A stretch of 64,000 bases of DNA from Minisyncoccota bacterium (GTDB lineage Bacteria; Patescibacteriota; Minisyncoccia; Phycocordibacterales; UBA9973): the NCBI GenBank assembly GCA_041664465.1, contig JBAYKP010000001.1, positions 4,204-68,203 on the forward strand, read 5' to 3'. This document shows, in pieces, positions 9,627 to 19,616 of this stretch (position 1 is its first letter; each line of letters opens with the position of its first letter). The translations under genes and the position numbers were made by a program. The notes beneath the pieces are model-generated. The model was not told the origin of the DNA. It did not search any database and saw nothing but the letters and a program-made list of their open reading frames with translations.

Positions 9627-10877
9627 TTATGGTAAATATTTTGCCGGATTAAGATAAGCACTCAAAGCTGATATTGGCTGAGTGAAAATTTTACCATTAC
9701 AAGCCTTACTTGGGACTGTCGCGACGTTCACTCCCGCGGAAGCATAGACTGCTACGTGCAAATGAGGACCAGTGGATGAGCCAGTATTGCCTGATAAAGC
9801 GATGATATCTCCCGCTACGACTTTCTCTCCCACCGTTGTTTTTATTTCTGATAGGTGTCCATAAGTACTTGAAAGGCCATTGTTGTATTTAATAAATACC
9901 CATTTACCGAAGGAGGCTCCTTTACAAGCGATGTCGGTATCTCCGGTGCCTAATACCGTTCCTGTCGCCATTGCTTTTACGGGAGTCCCCACTTTAGCTC
10001 TAAAGTCTAGACCATAATGGAATCTACCCCATCTTGATCCATAAGGTGAAGTGATAGTGATACTACTAAGTGGCCACGATAATACCCCTGAGCCTTCCCT
10101 AGGTATAGATTTAGGATTTAAAATAAATTGCAATTGAGATTCATAATCTAGAATAGACTTTTCAAAAGCGTCTTTCCTCTTTTGTTGTTCGGCGAGCATC
10201 TTTTGATATAGAGATTCTTTGTTTTTTGTTATAACCAAAAGATTATCCTTTTCTTTTTTATTGGCCGTTATTTCTAATTCTTTAGCAGTGAGAGTTTTCT
10301 TCAAGGTCTTCAAGACATTTTGCTCGTCTTCTTTTTTAACTTTAGATACAGTTAGATCTTCTTTCTGTTTTGTCACATTATTTATATTTTCTTTGATGTC
10401 TCTATTGATACCTATGACGTTATTGTATTCACGACTCATATCACTTAGATTATCTTGTGATAAGAACTTTTGGACAAAGCTTTGCTCATCTTGATGATAT
10501 AAATCTTTCAATAAAACAGACAAAGATGCTCTTGATTTGTCCAAGATATCATTTTTAGTACCTATTTCATTATCCAAAGTCTTTATCACAAGACCTGTGG
10601 CAGTGATTTTCTTTTCTGTTTGTTGTCGTTCTTTTACAAGCTTATTTTTCTTAAGAGTTAAATCCTTTATAGCATTTGCTAAAGTTTTCTTCTGCTCGGC
10701 AGTCACAGCTATTTGGCCTGATAAAGCCTCAATCTCTTTATTGATTTTTTCAATTTCACTATTGGCAGTATTTATTTGATTTCGGAGTTCACTTTCCGTT
10801 TCTGCATACGAAAATGACGAAAAAGCCAAAAGAGATAATATAACAAAAATTGTGCCGAAAATAATTTTCTTCATCAA
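9627..10877 (-). CDS. M23-family peptidase with N-terminal coiled-coil (EnvC-like murein hydrolase/activator)
   Basis: 416 aa; signal/TM N-terminus, long coiled-coil, C-terminal M23 motifs HYGLDF...GTPV and GNTGSSTGPHLHV. Confidence 0.8.
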   Translation of the reverse strand: MMKKIIFGTIFVILSLLAFSSFSYAETESELRNQINTANSEIEKINKEIEALSGQIAVTAEQKKTLANAIKDLTLKKNKLVKERQQTEKKITATGLVIKTLDNEIGTKNDILDKSRASLSVLLKDLYHQDEQSFVQKFLSQDNLSDMSREYNNVIGINRDIKENINNVTKQKEDLTVSKVKKEDEQNVLKTLKKTLTAKELEITANKKEKDNLLVITKNKESLYQKMLAEQQKRKDAFEKSILDYESQLQFILNPKSIPREGSGVLSWPLSSITITSPYGSRWGRFHYGLDFRAKVGTPVKAMATGTVLGTGDTDIACKGASFGKWVFIKYNNGLSSTYGHLSEIKTTVGEKVVAGDIIALSGNTGSSTGPHLHVAVYASAGVNVATVPSKACNGKIFTQPISALSAYLNPAKYLP

Positions 10878-10907
10878 TACCTTTATTATACTACATATTG
10901 TGCTACT

Positions 10908-12239
10908 TTATGAATTTAGAAGAGAAATAGCTTTATTTAGACGAGTTATAGTCTCATTTTTACCTAAAATATCAGCTAGGATGAATGGATCTGGTGATTT
11001 ATCAAGACCAGAAAGAGCAAAACGCACTGGATGCAGAATTTGTCCTCTGTTTTCTAGGCTATCTGCAATCTCCATTAAGAATATTTTAATATTTTCTTTA
11101 GTAAACTGTGCCTCATCCGTTTTAGATATAATCTCTAGTGCACTTTTTAGATTTGTTATTATTGTCTCTTTATTTGTATTTTTATATATTAATTTTTCTT
11201 TATCATAAACAGGCTCTTTATAAAAGAAATCAAGTTCACCACTCTCTACCATTCCTTTTATATCTCCAAATTTTGAGATTCTTTCTGTAATTACGGGGAT
11301 AATTTTTTTAATTTGGAGTTCTTTAGGAAGCCAAGCAAATACATATTTTTCTAATTCATCATCTCCTAGAAGTTTAATATATTCTTTATTTATCCAATCA
11401 AGTTTGTCTGGATTAAATACGCCTCCTCCTTTTTGAACCTTAGAAATATCAAATAATTTTGTAAGTTCATCCAATGTAAATATTTCTTTTTCTCCACCCG
11501 GATTCCATCCATTTAATGCCATAAAATTTAAAATAGCCCCTGGAAGATATCCAACTTTTTTGTATTCTATGGCAGGCATTACCGTCTCATCTCTTTTTGA
11601 AAGTTTGGCTCTTTCACTGTTTAGTATGAGTGGTAAGTGTGCATATATAGGTCTTGGTGCACCAATAGCTTCCCCAATTAATATTTGTCGTGGAGTATTG
11701 GGAGTATGCTCTTGTCCTCTGATGACGTGAGTCACACCCATTTCAAAATCATCAATAACAACAGTTAAATGATACAAGGGTTCATCCATATCTCGAGCGA
11801 TTACAAAATCCCCTAAATCAGTCGTATCAAAAGTTATCTCTCCTAGAATTAAATCATTAAAGGTAATTTTTTTATTGGGATTTTTAAAGCGGATAACTTC
11901 TGCTCTCTGTCCTTCTTCAGTTGGTGTTTCTTTTGATATATAAGCATATCCATCGCTAATCATTTTAGCTAGATATTTTTGATGTATTTCTAATCGATCA
12001 GATTGTCTAAAAAATAAATCATGTTTTAATCCAAGCCAATCAAAAAGTTCTAAAAATTCATCCTCATATTCTTTTTTTGATCTGGCTTTATCAGTATCTT
12101 CTGACCTTAATATATATGTACCATTATTTTGTCGTGCAAATATAAAATTATACAATGCACTTCTAACCCCACCGACATGAAAACGGCCTGTCGGAGACGG
12201 AGCAAAACGGGTAACAACTTTTTTTGTATTATTTTCCAT
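10908..12239 (-). CDS. gltX: Glutamyl-tRNA synthetase
   Basis: 443 aa; FAPSPTGRFHVGG (HIGH) and KLSKR (KMSKS) class I motifs. Confidence 0.9.
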   Translation of the reverse strand: MENNTKKVVTRFAPSPTGRFHVGGVRSALYNFIFARQNNGTYILRSEDTDKARSKKEYEDEFLELFDWLGLKHDLFFRQSDRLEIHQKYLAKMISDGYAYISKETPTEEGQRAEVIRFKNPNKKITFNDLILGEITFDTTDLGDFVIARDMDEPLYHLTVVIDDFEMGVTHVIRGQEHTPNTPRQILIGEAIGAPRPIYAHLPLILNSERAKLSKRDETVMPAIEYKKVGYLPGAILNFMALNGWNPGGEKEIFTLDELTKLFDISKVQKGGGVFNPDKLDWINKEYIKLLGDDELEKYVFAWLPKELQIKKIIPVITERISKFGDIKGMVESGELDFFYKEPVYDKEKLIYKNTNKETIITNLKSALEIISKTDEAQFTKENIKIFLMEIADSLENRGQILHPVRFALSGLDKSPDPFILADILGKNETITRLNKAISLLNS

Positions 12240-12246
12240 ATTATTT

Positions 12247-13377
12247 TTATAATTCTTCGTGAGATTGAGCTATTTTAATAGCTTCGGTTGCTATCTTTTC
12301 GGCGGCATCGGGCGAAGCAAAAGCAAGAGCACTTTGTTTCATCTGCGCTAGCTTTTCTTTGTTATTAATAAGTTTATCTATTTCGGAAATTAATAAATGT
12401 GGAGTTAGGTTTGCTTCATCTATAACTTCACAAGCTCCAGTTCTTGCATAATTATATGCGTTTTTTCTTTGATGATCACCATTGGAATTTGTAATAGGAA
12501 TTATGATGGATGGTATCCCCCACGAAGCTATTTCAAATATTGCAGAGCCTGCTCTCGATACTATAATAGTAGCGACGCCAGCTGCCATACGAGTAGCAAG
12601 ATTATTCAAATATGGTAATGGCACATAGCGGGTAATATTGTCGTTATTTTCCATTACAAGTTTGGATCTAGATAGAACATCGTTTATATTATTTGTGCCA
12701 GTTTGATGAATTATCTGATACTTAGAAAGTAGATCAGGTAGGATTTCTATGAAAACATTATTTATTATTTCTGCTCCCTGTGATCCACCTAAAACTAAAA
12801 TAACTGGTAAGTCAGAATTCAATTTGAAGAATTCATGAGCCCCGATACTGTCTCCATGCAAGATATTTTTCCTTATTGGTTGGCCGGTAAGAGCTGTCTT
12901 TTCTTTGGGTAAATATTCTATTGCCTCTGGCCAAGAGATGGCCACCTTTTGTGCAAATTTGGCAGTCCAAACATTGAGTCTCCCTGGGTATGAATCTGAT
13001 TCGTGAACTATAACAGGTATTCGGAGAAGCTTGGCAGCAAAGACTGCGGGGAAAGCTGCATAGCCACCTTTTGAAATGACAACATCAGGATAAATAAAAA
13101 ACATAGATAAGAATCCAAAGAACATACCCGTGGCTGTAGAAAAGAAATCAAAAAAGTTTCTAATAGAAAAGTAAGTGCGCATTTTGCCAGCCGGAATCTG
13201 GACGTAGGTAATGCTATTCTCGAAAAGCATACGTTTGTCGTATGGAGAATCAGACATATAATAAAGCTTCAAGTCTATAATCTTTTCTTTATCTGCTACT
13301 TCAATTAATTTCTCAGCAATAGCAATAAGAGGATAAAAGTGCCCCCCAGTCCCCCCTCCTGTAAGTAATATTTTCAT
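12247..13377 (-). CDS. murG: UDP-GlcNAc:undecaprenyl-PP-MurNAc-pentapeptide GlcNAc transferase
   Basis: 376 aa; MKILLTGGGTGGHFYP N-terminus and GT28 C-terminal domain. Confidence 0.85.
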   Translation of the reverse strand: MKILLTGGGTGGHFYPLIAIAEKLIEVADKEKIIDLKLYYMSDSPYDKRMLFENSITYVQIPAGKMRTYFSIRNFFDFFSTATGMFFGFLSMFFIYPDVVISKGGYAAFPAVFAAKLLRIPVIVHESDSYPGRLNVWTAKFAQKVAISWPEAIEYLPKEKTALTGQPIRKNILHGDSIGAHEFFKLNSDLPVILVLGGSQGAEIINNVFIEILPDLLSKYQIIHQTGTNNINDVLSRSKLVMENNDNITRYVPLPYLNNLATRMAAGVATIIVSRAGSAIFEIASWGIPSIIIPITNSNGDHQRKNAYNYARTGACEVIDEANLTPHLLISEIDKLINNKEKLAQMKQSALAFASPDAAEKIATEAIKIAQSHEEL

Positions 13378-13402
13378 AACCTATATTTTAACTTATTTTT
13401 TA

Positions 13403-14518
13403 TTATTTTTCCAGTTTTTCTTTCCTTTGGAATTTTGAGATATTGAGTATTATCCCCATAAGGCCTATATCAAGAAGTAGGGCCGTACCACCATGAGACA
13501 TAAAGACAAGTGGAACACCGGTCAATGGGAAGACCCCAATAATAGAAGCAATATTCATGAAAGATTGGGCGGTGATGATTGTGATGATTCCTATGACAAA
13601 AAGTTTACTGAAAGAGTCTGGAGCATTATATGCAATACGAAATCCACGCATTGCGAATGCAACATAAAGACAAATGATTAAAACTGAGCCAATGAATCCG
13701 ACTTCCTCTCCTACGACAGCAAAGATAGAGTCCCCTTGTGGCTCTGGCAAATAATTAAACTTCTGAATACTTTGCCCCAAGCCTCGTCCTGCAATTCCCC
13801 CAGAGCCTATAGCTATTAAGGATTGTTGTATTTGGTAAGATGAGCTACTACCATTTAGACTTGGATTTAAGAAAGTATTTATTCTACTTTTCAAATATGG
13901 AGTAGTGAAAGCAAGAATAATGAAAGCTAAAGCTGAGACGCCGATCATCCCTAGTATCCACTTCCAAGAAGTTCCCGAAACGAAAAGCATTACAAGCCCT
14001 GTGGCAGTAATAAGGATTAAACTTTTCGTATCTGGCTGATTTATCAGTATAGCTGTAATGATTCCTAACAATAAAATAAGTGGAAATATTCCAAAACGAA
14101 TATCTTGCACCCGACCCTTCACCCAAGAAAGCCACGTAGCAAAATAAATAACGAATCCTATTTTTAGAAATTCTACAGGTTGTAACGACATTCCGAAAAT
14201 ATTTATCCATCGACGTGATCCTCCGTGAGCAAAGCCAAGTCCCGGAACGAAAACCAAAGTAGTAATGACAATAGAAGCTATAAATATAGGGATAGAATAT
14301 CGCCTCCAGAATTTATATGGAATACGAAGTCCGAAATACAAAGCGACTAATCCTCCTACAAGACCGAAGATTAATTGATTGAACATCACAGCATAAAATT
14401 TGGATTCATTTTTATTTAGAATTCCTAATGAAGCAGAGACAAACATAATTACCCCAATGATTATAAGGGAGCTTACTATGCCCAAAAATATTCTGTCTAT
14501 TTTATTATTTATAGCCAT
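13403..14518 (-). CDS. ftsW: SEDS-family peptidoglycan polymerase FtsW/RodA
   Basis: ~10 TM helices, SEDS family pattern; start moved to internal Met to avoid overlap with mraY; murG-ftsW-mraY synteny. Confidence 0.8.
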   Translation of the reverse strand: MAINNKIDRIFLGIVSSLIIIGVIMFVSASLGILNKNESKFYAVMFNQLIFGLVGGLVALYFGLRIPYKFWRRYSIPIFIASIVITTLVFVPGLGFAHGGSRRWINIFGMSLQPVEFLKIGFVIYFATWLSWVKGRVQDIRFGIFPLILLLGIITAILINQPDTKSLILITATGLVMLFVSGTSWKWILGMIGVSALAFIILAFTTPYLKSRINTFLNPSLNGSSSSYQIQQSLIAIGSGGIAGRGLGQSIQKFNYLPEPQGDSIFAVVGEEVGFIGSVLIICLYVAFAMRGFRIAYNAPDSFSKLFVIGIITIITAQSFMNIASIIGVFPLTGVPLVFMSHGGTALLLDIGLMGIILNISKFQRKEKLEK

Positions 14519-14529
14519 TTGTAAAAACT

Positions 14530-15588
14530 TTAACTTATAATAAAAATTATAACACCTAAGATTGCTGTCATGATACTGACGATCCAATAACGCATTGTCA
14601 CTTTATATTTAGGCCAACCTAGAGCTTCAAAATGATGATGAAGAGGAGCAAAAAGAAAGACTTTTTTACCATTTCGCCACTTCCTAGAAGCTATTTGTAT
14701 CACGTTAGAAAGAGATGTAATGAAAAGTGGAAATGCAATAATAGGCAGAAGGAGAACTGTATTGGTCAAGAAAGCAATCACAGATAAAGTGACAGTGAGC
14801 CCTATCATCCCCGTCTCTCCCATATAGAAACGTGCTGGTGGAATATTAAACCACAAGAAAGCAAGAGTTCCCCCAGTAATAACCGCACAGAAGGCTGCTA
14901 AATCTATCTGATTATTAAAGAAAGCGATAAGAGTATACGCCATGAAGATGGAGGCTAGTACTCCACCTGAAAGCCCATCTATTCCATCTATGACACTTGA
15001 TGACCAGAGAGATAACATAATAAGAATAAAAAATGGAATAAAAAAATATCCTAAATTTATAAAACCATACCAAGGTATATATAAAGAAGATTCCCCTAAT
15101 TTTATATAAAACCATAAACTGATGATAATTCCCAAGAGCAATATAATCCCTATTTTTATATATCTTAATATTATCGGATCGGTCGTCCACTTACCACGGC
15201 CGAAAATTTGCAAGAAATCATCTCCTAGTCCGACAAGAGAAGCTATAATTAGAGTGAAGAATGGTAATAGAGTCTCTCTACGACTAATGAAATACATCTT
15301 GTTTGAATAATCACTTATGAAAAAATAATCTATAAAGCTCACAATTGCCAAAGTTAAAATTACTGAAATCCAAATAATCATTCCCCCTGTGCGTGGAGTT
15401 CTGATCTCAGCTTGGCCATCATGAATTTTAGAAAAACCGGTAGCTTCTTTTTCTGGAAGATTATTATCTCTTCTAATTCTGCGCCACATTCTGTATTTAT
15501 AGAAATAATGCGTAGCAATAGGAGTAAGTGTAATCCCCATTACGAAGCTTATAAAAGCGGGCAAGAAAATTTTAATAGCGTTAGACAT
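14530..15588 (-). CDS. mraY: Phospho-N-acetylmuramoyl-pentapeptide transferase
   Basis: 352 aa polytopic; VIDGIDGLSGG and DD motifs of MraY. Confidence 0.85.
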   Translation of the reverse strand: MSNAIKIFLPAFISFVMGITLTPIATHYFYKYRMWRRIRRDNNLPEKEATGFSKIHDGQAEIRTPRTGGMIIWISVILTLAIVSFIDYFFISDYSNKMYFISRRETLLPFFTLIIASLVGLGDDFLQIFGRGKWTTDPIILRYIKIGIILLLGIIISLWFYIKLGESSLYIPWYGFINLGYFFIPFFILIMLSLWSSSVIDGIDGLSGGVLASIFMAYTLIAFFNNQIDLAAFCAVITGGTLAFLWFNIPPARFYMGETGMIGLTVTLSVIAFLTNTVLLLPIIAFPLFITSLSNVIQIASRKWRNGKKVFLFAPLHHHFEALGWPKYKVTMRYWIVSIMTAILGVIIFIIS

Positions 15589-16120
15589 TGTCTTCGTTTT
15601 GATTTATTACATCTGTTAAAGATGCGACCACTTGCTCATAATTTGGTAATTGATCAATAGATGTGATGCCCATATAAGAAAGCGTATCGAAAGTCGGCTT
15701 GTAAAGCATCCTTCTACTATCTTTACTATCTACTACTCTTTCTATTAAGCCTCTCACAAGTAAATTACGAAGGATGAAGCTGGAATTTACTCCACGGATG
15801 TAGTCTATCTCGCTTCTTGATATTTCATTTTTATATAAGATTATAGTTAGAGTTTCAAGTGAAGCCTTGGAAAGCTCTTTCCCTATTTCTTCCTTACGGA
15901 TAGATTCTATCAAAGTTGCAAGCTCACTTGTTATGCCGAGCATCACTCTATCATCCTTACGGATAAGAACAATTCCACGATGAGAAAGTGACATTTCAAG
16001 CTTCCCTAAGGCTTCTATTATTTCTTCCTCTTTCACGTTTAAAAGCTCTGCCAATTTTTTAATAGTGACATCTTCCCCTTTATAAAAAAGTAACCCTTCA
16101 ATTTTTGATTCTAATTCCAT
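15581..16120 (-). CDS. scpB: Segregation and condensation protein B
   Basis: 179 aa; EGLLFYKGEDVTIKKLAELL tandem winged-helix ScpB pattern; follows scpA. Confidence 0.75.
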   Translation of the reverse strand: MELESKIEGLLFYKGEDVTIKKLAELLNVKEEEIIEALGKLEMSLSHRGIVLIRKDDRVMLGITSELATLIESIRKEEIGKELSKASLETLTIILYKNEISRSEIDYIRGVNSSFILRNLLVRGLIERVVDSKDSRRMLYKPTFDTLSYMGITSIDQLPNYEQVVASLTDVINQNEDNV

Positions 16121-16125
16121 ATGTT

Positions 16126-16875
16126 TTATTGGCCTATATTTTTATTCATTTCTATGTCTCCAAAAGAAGCATTTTGAATGACGTCTATTAATCCTTCCCT
16201 TACCAATTCTAGCATAGCTAGGAATGAAACGATAACATGGACTCTGGCTTCTTCTTTATCCCCTGCTCCGTGACTTTGAGAAAATTCGCGGAAAGAAATA
16301 TTCATAGCATTTTGAATTCTATCAGTCAGACTGTTTATAATCTCGTCTATATTTATTATCTTTTTAATTTCTACTTCGGGCAATTTCACTTCTTTCTTAG
16401 GAACTTGCAAGAGGACATTTGCTATTGATTTCCCTATATTGGCAACAGTGATAATAGGATCAGGAGAAAAGAGTGGCTCATTCCAAACACGCTCACAAGG
16501 AGTGAAGATAATATTAGTTCCGAAATTATTCTTTATATCAATACTGGCATTTTTAATAGTCTGATAAAGTCGTAGTCTCTTTTCTAAATCTACTATTTTC
16601 TCTGTCTCATCTTCTGTTAAGCTTAGATTGGGCAATAAAGATTTTGACTTGATTAAGATTAAAGTGGCCGCAACTAAAATAAAATAAGATACATCATTGA
16701 TACTTCTAGACTCTTCGCCTAGAGACTTCACATGGGCTATGTAGTCATTGGTTACATCTGCGAGCGATATTTCATTCACGAAAAGCTTTCTTTGCTCTAT
16801 AAGAGAAAGGAGAAGCTCAAGTGGTCCTTCAAAAGTATTTTGTTTTACTTTATATTGTGAAATAATTTCAGGCAT
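16126..16875 (-). CDS. scpA: Segregation and condensation protein A
   Basis: 249 aa; LSLIEQRKL..., kleisin ScpA family; scpA-scpB pair. Confidence 0.75.
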   Translation of the reverse strand: MPEIISQYKVKQNTFEGPLELLLSLIEQRKLFVNEISLADVTNDYIAHVKSLGEESRSINDVSYFILVAATLILIKSKSLLPNLSLTEDETEKIVDLEKRLRLYQTIKNASIDIKNNFGTNIIFTPCERVWNEPLFSPDPIITVANIGKSIANVLLQVPKKEVKLPEVEIKKIINIDEIINSLTDRIQNAMNISFREFSQSHGAGDKEEARVHVIVSFLAMLELVREGLIDVIQNASFGDIEMNKNIGQ

Positions 16876-16888
16876 TTATTTATTTTAA

Positions 16889-18331
16889 TTAATTTTTTTT
16901 GTTTATACTTATTCCTAATTCTTTTAATTGCTTATCAGAAACAGAAGATGGAGATTCCATCATTAAATCCTTTCCTTCACCTGTTTTAGGGAAAGCAATA
17001 ACTTCACGGATATTTGGTTCATTTTCTAGAAGCATTATTAGTCTATCAAAACCCCAAGCAATGCCACCGTGAGGAGGTGTACCGCTTTGAAATGCATTTA
17101 ACATATGTCCAAAATTTCTTTCTATGTCATCATCTTTATGCCCAATAATGTTTAGAACTTTATGAAGAGTTTCTGCTTGATGGGCTCTTATACTACCACC
17201 ACCTATTTCATAACCGTTGAGAGTTATATCATATTGAGTTGTTAGAATATTTCCAAGATTTTTTCCTTCGAGCAACCATTCTTTATGTTCTTTAATTGGC
17301 TCAGAAAATGGATTATGTGTGAAAGTCCACTCTCCTTCTGTATTTGGATTATCTGATTTATCTGTTCTTTCAAAAAATGGGAATTCTATAATCCAACAAA
17401 AAGCTAGTGAGTCAGGATCATTTTTATCTGTGCGTACGTCTGGTCTATCATTACCATATTTTTCCATTGCATCTTTATAAGTAATTCTTGGGAATGGAAT
17501 CTCTTGAATTTTCTTATGAGGATAAAGTTTTGTAACTAATTCAATCAAAAGACGTTCATTTACTTCCATAACATCCTCTTTTTCAACAAAACTCATCTCC
17601 ATATCAAGTTGAGTAAATTCTGGTTGACGATCTCCACGGGTATCTTCATCTCGCATACAACGAGCAATCTGAAAATATTTTTCCATTCCACTTGCCATTA
17701 AAAGTTGTTTGTATTGTTGAGGTGATTGAGGAAGAGCATAAAATGTTCCTTGGTATAAACGTGAAGGGACAATAAAATCTCTTGCTCCTTCTGGGGTAGA
17801 TTTGGTTAAAATTGGGGTTTCTATTTCAATAAAGTTTTCTCTATCAAGAAAATCTCTTACAAATTTTGCAACATGATGACGATTACGAATATTTTTCTGC
17901 ATTCTAGGTCTACGTAAATCTAAATATCTATATTTAAGTCTACTTTCTTCGCCTATCTCTTTCCCATCAGAAGTCACGTCAAAGTTAGGAGTATTAGCTT
18001 TATTTAATATTTCCATATTAGTTATTTCAAGTTCTATATCTCCATTTAAAACTCCTTCTTTAATATTTCTTTCTGGACGTTTATTTATAATACCTTTGAT
18101 ATTTAAAACCCATTCTGTTCGCACTTCTTTTACTTGTTCCATAGCTTCGCTATGATTTGGTAAAATCACGCATTGTACAAGACCAGTCATATCTCTCATA
18201 TCCATAAAGACTAGTTTCCCTTGATCACGTCTTACGTCTACCCAGCCAGCAATTATAACCTCTTGCCCAACAAAATCTTTTAAGTTTTTTATATAAATAC
18301 GGTTTTTCATTTTTATTTTTTTTAAAAACAA
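16889..18331 (-). CDS. aspS: Aspartyl-tRNA synthetase, short form lacking the bacterial insertion domain (probably non-discriminating)
   Basis: 480 aa; OB-fold N-terminus, motif 2 FQIARCMRDEDTRGDRQPEFTQLDMEMSF, motif 3 GGGSIR; true start may be Met8. Confidence 0.8.
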   Translation of the reverse strand: MFLKKIKMKNRIYIKNLKDFVGQEVIIAGWVDVRRDQGKLVFMDMRDMTGLVQCVILPNHSEAMEQVKEVRTEWVLNIKGIINKRPERNIKEGVLNGDIELEITNMEILNKANTPNFDVTSDGKEIGEESRLKYRYLDLRRPRMQKNIRNRHHVAKFVRDFLDRENFIEIETPILTKSTPEGARDFIVPSRLYQGTFYALPQSPQQYKQLLMASGMEKYFQIARCMRDEDTRGDRQPEFTQLDMEMSFVEKEDVMEVNERLLIELVTKLYPHKKIQEIPFPRITYKDAMEKYGNDRPDVRTDKNDPDSLAFCWIIEFPFFERTDKSDNPNTEGEWTFTHNPFSEPIKEHKEWLLEGKNLGNILTTQYDITLNGYEIGGGSIRAHQAETLHKVLNIIGHKDDDIERNFGHMLNAFQSGTPPHGGIAWGFDRLIMLLENEPNIREVIAFPKTGEGKDLMMESPSSVSDKQLKELGISINKKN

Positions 18332-18339
18332 TTAATAAT

Positions 18340-18552
18340 TTAATGCACAAGTCCTCCAAGTATTTCGCACGGATAACCAATTATAAATGTAAGCGCTACT
18401 AGTATCCAGTAAAACGGGGCAAAGGCAAAGTAGACAATCTTGTCCTTTTTCCACATTGGCAGATACCACTTTTGTACTCTCATATAGAGCATATTGAGTG
18501 GAACATTCACAAGATTGAGAACCACGAGTATTATAGCAAATATAAATTTCAT
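18340..18552 (-). CDS. hypothetical small membrane protein (70 aa)
   Basis: two hydrophobic helices; start overlaps trpS stop by 4 nt; no homology recognised. Confidence 0.25.
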   Translation of the reverse strand: MKFIFAIILVVLNLVNVPLNMLYMRVQKWYLPMWKKDKIVYFAFAPFYWILVALTFIIGYPCEILGGLVH

Positions 18553-19520
18553 AAATTTACGCCTACATTATTTCTAATAATTTGTATTTTATCTTTAATA
18601 TTATTTTTGGCTTTTTCTCCACCTTCTTTCAATATCTTTTTTACTTCATCTATATTCTTTTCATAATATTCTCTCTTCTCTCGCATAGGTTTGATGAAAG
18701 ATATTATTTCTTCATAAAGCATATCTTTGGATTCTTTGTAGCCGAGTCCACCATCTATATATCTTTTTCTTAAATTTTCTAATTTTTCACCTTTCAAAAA
18801 TAGTTTATGAATTGCAAAAATATTGCATTCTTCTGGATTTTTTTTATCAGTTGGTGCTTTTGAATCTGTTACTATACCCATAACCGCTTTTTTTATTTGT
18901 TCATCGGTACCAAAAAGTGGAATAGTATTGCCGTAACTTTTGCTCATTTTCCTGCCGTCTATTCCTGGGACAATTGCCACATCTTTGAGAATCAAGGCCT
19001 CTGGTAGTTTGAAAGTTTCTCCAAATGCATTATTGAATTTGATAGCTGTATCACGAGCGTATTCTACGTGCTGTTTCTGATCAGATCCTACGGGGACGAC
19101 ATCGGCATCTTGTATTAAAATATCGGCAGCCATAAGAATCGGATAATCAAAAAGTCCGACGTTTATTTCTTTCGCTTTCATATGAGCGTCTTTATAAGCT
19201 GTTGCTCTCTCTAAATAAGGTACTGTGGTAATGCAATTAAAGTACCACGCCAGCTCTGCTACTTCAGGAATATCAGACTGCTTGAATAGACAAACTTTCT
19301 TTGGATCAAGTCCGCAAGCTAGATAATCCATAGCCACATTTAGAATATTTTTAGACAAAACTTCTTTGTTTTGTATAGTTGTTATAGCATGTAAATCAGC
19401 TATAAATACGAAAGAGTCGTATTCTTCTTGTAAATCTACGAACTGCTTTATGGCTCCAAAGTAGTTGCCAATATGTATAATTCCAGAGGGTTGGATGCCC
19501 GATAATAAACGTTTTTTCAT
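18549..19520 (-). CDS. trpS: Tryptophanyl-tRNA synthetase
   Basis: 323 aa; class I; GRKMSKSYGN (KMSKS) motif. Confidence 0.9.
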   Translation of the reverse strand: MKKRLLSGIQPSGIIHIGNYFGAIKQFVDLQEEYDSFVFIADLHAITTIQNKEVLSKNILNVAMDYLACGLDPKKVCLFKQSDIPEVAELAWYFNCITTVPYLERATAYKDAHMKAKEINVGLFDYPILMAADILIQDADVVPVGSDQKQHVEYARDTAIKFNNAFGETFKLPEALILKDVAIVPGIDGRKMSKSYGNTIPLFGTDEQIKKAVMGIVTDSKAPTDKKNPEECNIFAIHKLFLKGEKLENLRKRYIDGGLGYKESKDMLYEEIISFIKPMREKREYYEKNIDEVKKILKEGGEKAKNNIKDKIQIIRNNVGVNL

Positions 19521-19616
19521 ATACTCTATATAATATCAAAAAATAGAAAGTTTTGCACATATTAAACACAGAGTTATCCGAATTCGTCAATTTGCAATAT
19601 TTTTTACTGTGATACA

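Noticed and set aside
19521-19616. DnaA-box-like TTATCCGAA in trpS/dnaB divergent region (possible oriC)
   Set aside because: Single 7/9 match, no cluster of boxes or AT-rich unwinding repeats, and dnaA is not adjacent.
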